DNA of 64,000 nucleotides, taken from positions 43,191 to 107,190 of the forward strand of contig CAYNVS010000001.1 of the NCBI GenBank assembly GCA_964400725.1, given 5' to 3'. Origin of the DNA: an uncultured Myxococcales bacterium. Lineage in GTDB: Bacteria > Myxococcota_A > SURF-8 > CAYNVS01. A program made the position numbers and the translations under genes. Numbering within the stretch: position 1 is the first letter of the stretch; every line of letters starts with the position of its first letter. The notes under the pieces are model-generated. The model was not told the DNA's origin. It searched no databases and worked only from the letters and a program-made list of their open reading frames with translations. Of the stretch, positions 57,751-64,000 are shown piece by piece.

Positions 57751-59907
57751 ATGCTCGAACAAAAATTTTACGAAGAAAAATTGTATAAAACCGGCGGCGG
57801 TTTAAATAGAAAGGCTCTTTGTATAGGCGCGGCGCTCGCTTTGATTTACCTCGCCGTTTTAATTTTTACGGCCGACGCGATAGGAATTGCAAAGGACGAA
57901 GGATACTATTTCAACGCATCCGGCAGCAACTACGGCTGGTTTAAAACATTAAAAGATTCGACGCTTGCGGGAAGGCCGGCCGATGCGTTCTCGAACGCGG
58001 CGATTTCGCGCCACTGGGACAACAACCACGAGCATCCGGGATTTTGCAAAGTTCTGATGGGCTTATCTCACTCGGTTTTCAACGGCGTTCTAGGCTGGTT
58101 CAACCACGCGACAAGCTACCGGATGCTAAGCATGATTCTGGCGACGTTCGTAGTTTTTATGATATTCGTTCTCGCGCTGCGCTTCGCCGGTTTCTTCGAG
58201 GCGGTATTCGCGTCGCTCGTGTTCATTCTCGACCCGCGGGTCTTCTTTCACGCGCATCAAAACGTCTTCGACATGCCGAACGTTTTTTTCTGGCTTTTGA
58301 GCGTTCTTTTGTTATGGAAAAGCCTCAAGCGTCCGTGGGTAGGCGCGCTGTTCGGAGTAAGCTGGGGCGTCGCCATGGCGATTCGCAACAGCGGCGTTTT
58401 CATACCCGGCGTCGTCGCATTCGTATGGCTTTTTTCTCCCCTTTCCTCGGATTTCGTCCGCGGCTGCAAAAATTTTAAGCGCGGAATAGCGGCTTTCGGC
58501 GCGGCGCGGCTGATTGTTGCGGCGTTGTGGTCGTCTCTTCTTCTTTTGACGGCTTACTTTCAATTCGGGGGCGACGTCCGCGCCAACCAAACAGGTTTTG
58601 CCGCGATAATCGCCGCGGCGGCTGGACTGCCGGTTATATTGTCGGTTTGGCGCCTAACATACATCCGCTCGCGCAGCGGCTGCTCGAAGGCCGCGCGCTT
58701 AACCGGTCTGATATTAGCGGGGGCGGGCGCGTTTATCGCGGCTTTGACGATTGCCTACGGCGACCGCGCCGCTCCTTTTAACGCGATGCTGCTGCTCGCG
58801 ATGCTCATGTTTGCGGGATACGTTTTTTGGTTTTATTTATTCAAGGCGGAGCGTATGCCCGCGTGGGCGCGCCCCATTGTCGCGCCGATTGCGCTCGGGC
58901 CTATTACCTTTTTTATTTTGTGGCCGTGGCTTTACCGCGACACATGGACGAGGCTCGGCGAGTTCCTTAACCGCCACCTTCACCCGCCCGCGTGGCAGAC
59001 GGTTTATTTCAATCATTTCATAACCGATCCGCCGCCTTATCCGCCAAGCTATCCGTGGGTAATGTGGGCTTTTACAATTCCGGCGGTATTTCTGCTGCTT
59101 GCAGTTATTGGCCTTTTTGTTTACGCGGCGGCCGCAAAAAGCGCAAGGGCGCGGCTTCGGTCGGAATCGGATCAAACGGCGGACGCGGATGAGAAAATTG
59201 CGGCTTGGCGCGAGTCAAATTATGGCAGATTTATTTTTTTACTTGTAAATTTATTTTTGCCGATTATTGTAATCACGTTGCCCAGCACCCCGAAGTACGG
59301 CGGCACCAAACATTATATGCACGCCGTACCGTTCTTGGCGGTTTTCGCGGCGTTCGGCTTTAGGTATTTCATCGACGTCGTTTCGTCCGTCTTCGCGCCG
59401 GCTTTCGCCTCCGCGAAAAAGAGAATAGCGGTCGCGCTGCTCTCCATAGCGGCGCTTTGCGCTCCGGCGGCGGCGGGAGTAGCTTTTTCCCATCCGTACG
59501 GCCTTGGTTTTTACAACGAGGTCATGGGCGGTCCTATCGCCGCGCCCGAAGTGGGAATGCAGCAGAGCTTTTGGGCTTATCAGATGCGCAATCTGATTCC
59601 ATGGATGAACAAAAACGTGCCGGAAAACGGCGGCGTCGCGTTCAACAATCTGCCGTTCGACTGCTGGGACATGTACATGCGCGACGGCATGATTCGCAAA
59701 GATATAAGGTTCGTTTGGCAGGCAGATCAGGCAGATTTTTACATTACCAACTCGTGGCAGTTCTATCTTGACGGAACCTTCGACGTCGAAGCCGCGTACG
59801 GCGCGGACGGAATCGTCGCGCATTCCGACATGCTTGGGCTGCCGATGGTTTACGTTCACCAAAATATGAAGCGAATTAAAGAACCTGTTAAGACTCCGTG
59901 GGATTAA
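57751..59907 (+). CDS. GT-C fold glycosyltransferase (PMT/ArnT-like, GT39/GT83-type)
   Basis: Polytopic membrane protein with first-loop KDEGYY and HEHPGF.K motifs, FFHAH...FDMP and a C-terminal periplasmic domain. Confidence 0.8.
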   Translation: MLEQKFYEEKLYKTGGGLNRKALCIGAALALIYLAVLIFTADAIGIAKDEGYYFNASGSNYGWFKTLKDSTLAGRPADAFSNAAISRHWDNNHEHPGFCKVLMGLSHSVFNGVLGWFNHATSYRMLSMILATFVVFMIFVLALRFAGFFEAVFASLVFILDPRVFFHAHQNVFDMPNVFFWLLSVLLLWKSLKRPWVGALFGVSWGVAMAIRNSGVFIPGVVAFVWLFSPLSSDFVRGCKNFKRGIAAFGAARLIVAALWSSLLLLTAYFQFGGDVRANQTGFAAIIAAAAGLPVILSVWRLTYIRSRSGCSKAARLTGLILAGAGAFIAALTIAYGDRAAPFNAMLLLAMLMFAGYVFWFYLFKAERMPAWARPIVAPIALGPITFFILWPWLYRDTWTRLGEFLNRHLHPPAWQTVYFNHFITDPPPYPPSYPWVMWAFTIPAVFLLLAVIGLFVYAAAAKSARARLRSESDQTADADEKIAAWRESNYGRFIFLLVNLFLPIIVITLPSTPKYGGTKHYMHAVPFLAVFAAFGFRYFIDVVSSVFAPAFASAKKRIAVALLSIAALCAPAAAGVAFSHPYGLGFYNEVMGGPIAAPEVGMQQSFWAYQMRNLIPWMNKNVPENGGVAFNNLPFDCWDMYMRDGMIRKDIRFVWQADQADFYITNSWQFYLDGTFDVEAAYGADGIVAHSDMLGLPMVYVHQNMKRIKEPVKTPWD

Positions 59908-59911
59908 GACA

Positions 59912-61369
59912 ATGAAACAAACAAAAATCGCGTTGTTATTTCTTGCTTTCGTCTCGATATGCGCTTTTGCGCCGCAGGCTGCCGCCGGAGACGGCGAGCT
60001 TGAAAGCAAATACAAGTTTTCCTTTTGGGCCGAGACCGACCTGCGTTATATTATTGATAAAAACCGCGGCGCGGAAAAGGACGACGGTTACCGCTGGGAC
60101 TGGAACCGCAATCAGGTTAATTTCGACGTTGAAGCGTTCCCCAGCTCAAGAAGCAGAGGAAAAGTTTCCGCCAAGTTCGTATTTTTCGGCTTCGGCAACT
60201 ATAAAACGCTTCCCGAAGTGAACGACCACGCCAAGCTCGATCCGTACTGGCTGGAATTGAACGAGGCGTTCGTCGAGGTTCACAAGTTCCTGCTTGACTC
60301 GCTGGACATTAAGGTCGGGCGCCAGACGGTAACTTGGGGCGCGGCGGATATGTTCAATCCGACCGATCTCGTGAACAGCCGCGATTTATGGGATCCGCTC
60401 GATTACACGGCGAAAGTGCCGAACAATATGGTTAAATTCGATTGGTATCCGGCGGATGCGCTTACGCTCAGCTTGATTTTCGTTCCATTCTTCAAGCCTG
60501 CAAGACTTCCCGATTCTTCCATTCTCGGTTTAATTTCCACTTCCGCCGCGCCGCCGATTAAAGACAAGGACGTCATTAAAAAGCTCTCGGCCTTTCAATC
60601 CGCCGGTTCAGACATAAAGGTTACGGCGCACGTAATCGACCCCGAAAAAGAGCTTAAAAACGCTCAGTTCGCCGCGAGGGCGAAACTGCACTTCGGCTCT
60701 TACGACGTCGGCTTGTCTTATTATTACGGACGCTGGGGTTTCCCGCAGCCGGTCGCGACCAAGGCTTACGACGAGAAAACAATCGACGCATGGGTTTATT
60801 ATCCCCGCATTCAAATGCTCGGTCTGGACACCAACGCTTCGCTGGACTGGTTCTTCGATTTGGGGCTTTTCGCCGAAGCGGCGCTTTTTTTCCCGGAAAA
60901 AGTAACCTTCGCCATGTCGCTTCCCGACGGCATCGATCTCGGCCTGCCCGACCCGATAAAAAGCGAAAATATGAGCGGCAAGGCTTATACAAAATACACC
61001 GTCGGCATGGATTACAACTTCGGCAGGCATTTTTACGCCAACCTTCAGTACGTTTACGGCTTCTTCGACGAGATTAACGACATCGTAGGCATTAAGCATT
61101 ACCTCGTTCCCAACCTCGACATAAAGCTGGCTGAGGATACTATTTTAATAAGACTTTCCTCGGTTTTCTGCGCCAGCGATCTCTCCGCGATAGTTACCCC
61201 TTCAATCACTTATCAAGCCGCCGACGGCGTTCAGCTTTCAATGGGCGCGCTTTATTTTATCGGCGACACCGAGCCCAAGGACGCGCTAAAGTATCGCAGC
61301 GAGCAGAAATTCGGCGCGAAAGCGGTGGGCCGCAGCGAGTTTTATCTGAAAGCCAAACTGAGCATGTAA
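59912..61369 (+). CDS. Outer-membrane beta-barrel (DUF1302-like)
   Basis: Signal peptide, LNEAFV, IKVGRQTVTWG.AD.FNPTD and amphipathic strands. Confidence 0.7.
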   Translation: MKQTKIALLFLAFVSICAFAPQAAAGDGELESKYKFSFWAETDLRYIIDKNRGAEKDDGYRWDWNRNQVNFDVEAFPSSRSRGKVSAKFVFFGFGNYKTLPEVNDHAKLDPYWLELNEAFVEVHKFLLDSLDIKVGRQTVTWGAADMFNPTDLVNSRDLWDPLDYTAKVPNNMVKFDWYPADALTLSLIFVPFFKPARLPDSSILGLISTSAAPPIKDKDVIKKLSAFQSAGSDIKVTAHVIDPEKELKNAQFAARAKLHFGSYDVGLSYYYGRWGFPQPVATKAYDEKTIDAWVYYPRIQMLGLDTNASLDWFFDLGLFAEAALFFPEKVTFAMSLPDGIDLGLPDPIKSENMSGKAYTKYTVGMDYNFGRHFYANLQYVYGFFDEINDIVGIKHYLVPNLDIKLAEDTILIRLSSVFCASDLSAIVTPSITYQAADGVQLSMGALYFIGDTEPKDALKYRSEQKFGAKAVGRSEFYLKAKLSM

Positions 61370-61381
61370 AAGGATACGACG

Positions 61382-62221
61382 ATGAAACGTTTCTGTACAA
61401 TTATATTATTATCGGCGTTTGCGGCGGCCGGGTCAGGCTGCAACTGGGAGACCGACGGCGCGGACATAGTAGGCGACCTCGATTACGACAAAGGCGCAAC
61501 CGAGATTGCAGACGAGGCTGAGCCCGCAGAACTTTCGGAGCTGGGGGACACCGCGGGCAGCCAAACTTACGCGATAAAAGAAACTCAGGAAGTTCTGACC
61601 GACGTTTTGGGCGACGGCAGTTTGATGAAACCCATGACTATAACGACCTTTTTCGTCGGAACGCTCGACGGGACGAAACTGTCGCGCAAAACCTGCTCTA
61701 TTAAAATGACCGAAATAATGACGAAGACGACGACGTATTCGCAAAAAACCGCGGAAAGTCTAGACGTTCCCGACATATCCGCGTTTATTGACGGCTCGGG
61801 CAAGGTTACGGTCGCCAACCACGTGTGGTTGTGGGGTTATCGCGCGGACAACCCTCTAACCGACTCGGTTCCTGCCGACAAAACCGATTCGCGCATATAC
61901 GACCAAGACGACGACGGAAAGATCGGCGTTACGGTTACGGTTATGAACGCCAACGGAACGCCGTTCGGCGACAGATATATGGTTCAGCGGTCGGTTAAAA
62001 ACTACGACGGCCAGAAAAGCGCCGACGGCGAATGGATCGAAGGGACGATGAATTTCGTCATCGAAGGATATTCGCTTGGAGCGACCAATCCTCAGGTGAA
62101 TATTTCTCCTCCCACTCCTCAAGATACGGATAAAACGAGCCCGTTCGTTATGCGCCGCGTTAATTCCGGCGCGGACTGCGCGTTCGTAACTTCGCATGGA
62201 GAGACTCTCTTCGTCAAATAG
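61382..62221 (+). CDS. Lipoprotein of unknown function
   Basis: Lipobox AGSGC, acidic linker, DQDDDGKIGVTV Ca-binding-like motif. Confidence 0.75.
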   Translation: MKRFCTIILLSAFAAAGSGCNWETDGADIVGDLDYDKGATEIADEAEPAELSELGDTAGSQTYAIKETQEVLTDVLGDGSLMKPMTITTFFVGTLDGTKLSRKTCSIKMTEIMTKTTTYSQKTAESLDVPDISAFIDGSGKVTVANHVWLWGYRADNPLTDSVPADKTDSRIYDQDDDGKIGVTVTVMNANGTPFGDRYMVQRSVKNYDGQKSADGEWIEGTMNFVIEGYSLGATNPQVNISPPTPQDTDKTSPFVMRRVNSGADCAFVTSHGETLFVK

Positions 62222-62252
62222 CCCCGGCACAAATTACGGAGACGGCCTTAAT

Positions 62253-64000
62253 ATGAAAGACGATTTTTACGGTCGGACGAACCGGTTTTTCGCTTCGATT
62301 CCGGTTTATTTGCGCGTTTTGATTACGGCGGCGCTTGTCGCCGGCTTCGCTTTCGCGTCGGGCGCAGCGATTCCTAAAAAGGCCTCAAGCGAGGCTTTAA
62401 ACGAAGCGTTCCCAGGCGTTTCGCAGTATTTCGACCACATGTCGCGCACCGGTTTAGACGTTGCCGTGAGTTTGGTCATGGAAGACAAGGAGCCGCTTTC
62501 AAAGGAAGGGCTTCAAGCCGTTTTTTCCCTTACGAAGGCTCTTATGGAGACGCCGAAACTGGGAGTGAAACACGTTCGCAGCCTCGCAAACATTCCGCGG
62601 ATGCAGTTGGACGAGAACGGCGAAATGGTCGCAAGTCCGTTGGTTTTAAAGGTTTTTTCAAACGAGGTCGAGCGCAGGCAGTTGGCGAAAGACATTCTTG
62701 CCGACGAGAACGCGCCCGGAGCGGTCGTTTCAAAAGATTTGACTCTTTACATGTTCGCGCTCGGGCTCGCCAAAGACGCCGATTTTTCAAAAATCAAACA
62801 GCTGATAGATAAAAACTCCGGCGGCTTCAAGGTTTACGCCGTCGGCGCGCCCGCAAAAAATTTAGTCGTCGAAAAACTCAAGCGGGACGCCGGCAGAACC
62901 GGCTCGCTTTTAGGCGGATTCGCTCTGCTAATTTTCGCGATCTGGATATTCGCTTTCCATTCGGGCGTTCTGCTCGGCTTTCTGACCGGCTTCATTCCAT
63001 TCGCCGCAATGACCGGCGCGTGGGTTTTAATATGCTTTTCGCAAAACGTTTTGTCTTTAACCGCGCTTCCGGCGGCAATGACCGTCTTTGCTGCGGTCGC
63101 GTGCTCGCTTTCGAGCGGCTCGCGGACGGTCGCGGCGTCGCTGCTTTCCGCCTCGCTCTCGATGATCGCTTCGGCCGCTCTTCTTTTCGCCCTGCCCCAC
63201 GTTTCGCTCGACGCGCCCGCTTCCGCCGTTATGAACGCAGGCCTCATAGCGCTGGCATTCGTTCCGCTTGCCGGAGCGTTCGCCGATAAAAACGTCGTTA
63301 TGCCCGCGCTCAAAAACTTCTCAAGGCCGATTTTTTCGCTAAAAAAAATCGCGGCCATCGCTTTGGGCATCGCTGGAATTTCGTTGATTTCGGGAGTCGA
63401 TTTTAAAAGCTCGCCCGAAGACCTGCTGAAGGACGACAAGGGGAGGCAGGCGTACGCTCTGCTCGACGCTCATACGGGAGGAAGCGCTTTTACTCACTTC
63501 GTAATCGAATCCGACGAAATTGCCGAGTCGGGCGCGCTTGCGGCGGGGCTTTTCGCGCACGACTATTTTGCGGACGATCCGGACGTCGCGGACGTAAGAA
63601 GCGCTTCGGAAATAATCGCTTCGCTGGGAGATAAACTCGGAGCCGGCAATTACGCGCCGACGAGCGTTCAAAGCCTCAACGCCGTAAAGTTTTATCTCGA
63701 CGGAATGCCGGATTTCGAGATGCTAGCCTCGCAGCAAAACGAGAAAATCAAAATGGTTCAAGTTCTCGTAAAGCCCAAAGCCGGACGGGAAGGGAAAGTC
63801 GCGGCGAAGGCGGAAGAGCTCAAAGCGCGCCTTGAAAAAGCCTCCGAAAAATCCGGCGCCGCCGGAATTATGCGCGAGCATTTTGCGAGCCTCGTCGGAG
63901 CGAAGGATAACGCCGCGCCGCCCGCGCCGAAATACGAAGACTGCCGCAAGCTGATAGATGGCGAATTCGATTGGAGCGAAGGAGTCGTAAGGCTTATTAT
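62253..64000 (+). CDS. Divergent MMPL/RND-family transporter, partial (runs off the window)
   Basis: Not in the ORF track. Manual translation from ATG at 62253 (MKDDFYGR...) shows a TM helix, a periplasmic domain (V.SLANIP), a TM cluster and a second periplasmic domain. No stop in the segments I translated. Confidence 0.7.
   Translation, partial: MKDDFYGRTNRFFASIPVYLRVLITAALVAGFAFASGAAIPKKASSEALNEAFPGVSQYFDHMSRTGLDVAVSLVMEDKEPLSKEGLQAVFSLTKALMETPKLGVKHVRSLANIPRMQLDENGEMVASPLVLKVFSNEVERRQLAKDILADENAPGAVVSKDLTLYMFALGLAKDADFSKIKQLIDKNSGGFKVYAVGAPAKNLVVEKLKRDAGRTGSLLGGFALLIFAIWIFAFHSGVLLGFLTGFIPFAAMTGAWVLICFSQNVLSLTALPAAMTVFAAVACSLSSGSRTVAASLLSASLSMIASAALLFALPHVSLDAPASAVMNAGLIALAFVPLAGAFADKNVVMPALKNFSRPIFSLKKIAAIALGIAGISLISGVDFKSSPEDLLKDDKGRQAYALLDAHTGGSAFTHFVIESDEIAESGALAAGLFAHDYFADDPDVADVRSASEIIASLGDKLGAGNYAPTSVQSLNAVKFYLDGMPDFEMLASQQNEKIKMVQVLVKPKAGREGKVAAKAEELKARLEKASEKSGAAGIMREHFASLVGAKDNAAPPAPKYEDCRKLIDGEFDWSEGVVRLI

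Noticed and set aside
826-63949. Numerous Arg-rich or antisense ORFs (e.g. 826-1251, 8632-9312, 9590-10375, 25201-26208, 54077-54895, 59251-60015)
   Set aside because: They lie inside well-supported genes on another frame or strand, have no motifs, and are expected in GC-rich DNA.

Overview
A 64-kb, moderately GC-rich, gene-dense chromosomal segment from a diderm bacterium, most likely Myxococcota/deltaproteobacteria-like. That inference rests on Cys-rich repeat lipoproteins, PEGA proteins with a WWFW anchor, a PhaR-like regulator and a VKOR-DsbA/OmpA/TlpA cluster. Housekeeping genes include partial pgm, cdaA-cdaR-glmM, rph-rdgB, dtd, RidA, beta- and gamma-carbonic anhydrases, clpP-clpX, mgtC, greA, pdxS-pdxT and rlmB. 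These are interleaved with lineage-specific envelope genes: a 1567-aa Cys-rich lipoprotein with an ABABA 47-aa repeat array and a low-GC C-terminal tip, two FGE-sulfatase-fold lipoproteins, two MMPL transporters, a GT-C glycosyltransferase and beta-barrel proteins. I found no rRNA, tRNA, CRISPR array, transposase, integrase or reverse transcriptase. The best novelty candidates are: (1) a PP2C phosphatase / predicted ABBA prenyltransferase-barrel / radical SAM operon (51548-54859); (2) an unannotated ~80-nt small RNA with a near-consensus sigma70 promoter, paired ends, a C8 loop and a U-tail (38001-38080, minus strand); (3) a ~178-nt rod-like RNA candidate between pdxS and rlmB; (4) the Cys-rich surface lipoprotein system with lectin-fold tips and a possible dedicated disulfide pathway; (5) a barrel/GT-C/barrel/lipoprotein/MMPL envelope operon at the right end. 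All family assignments come from motif recognition by eye, not from database searches.
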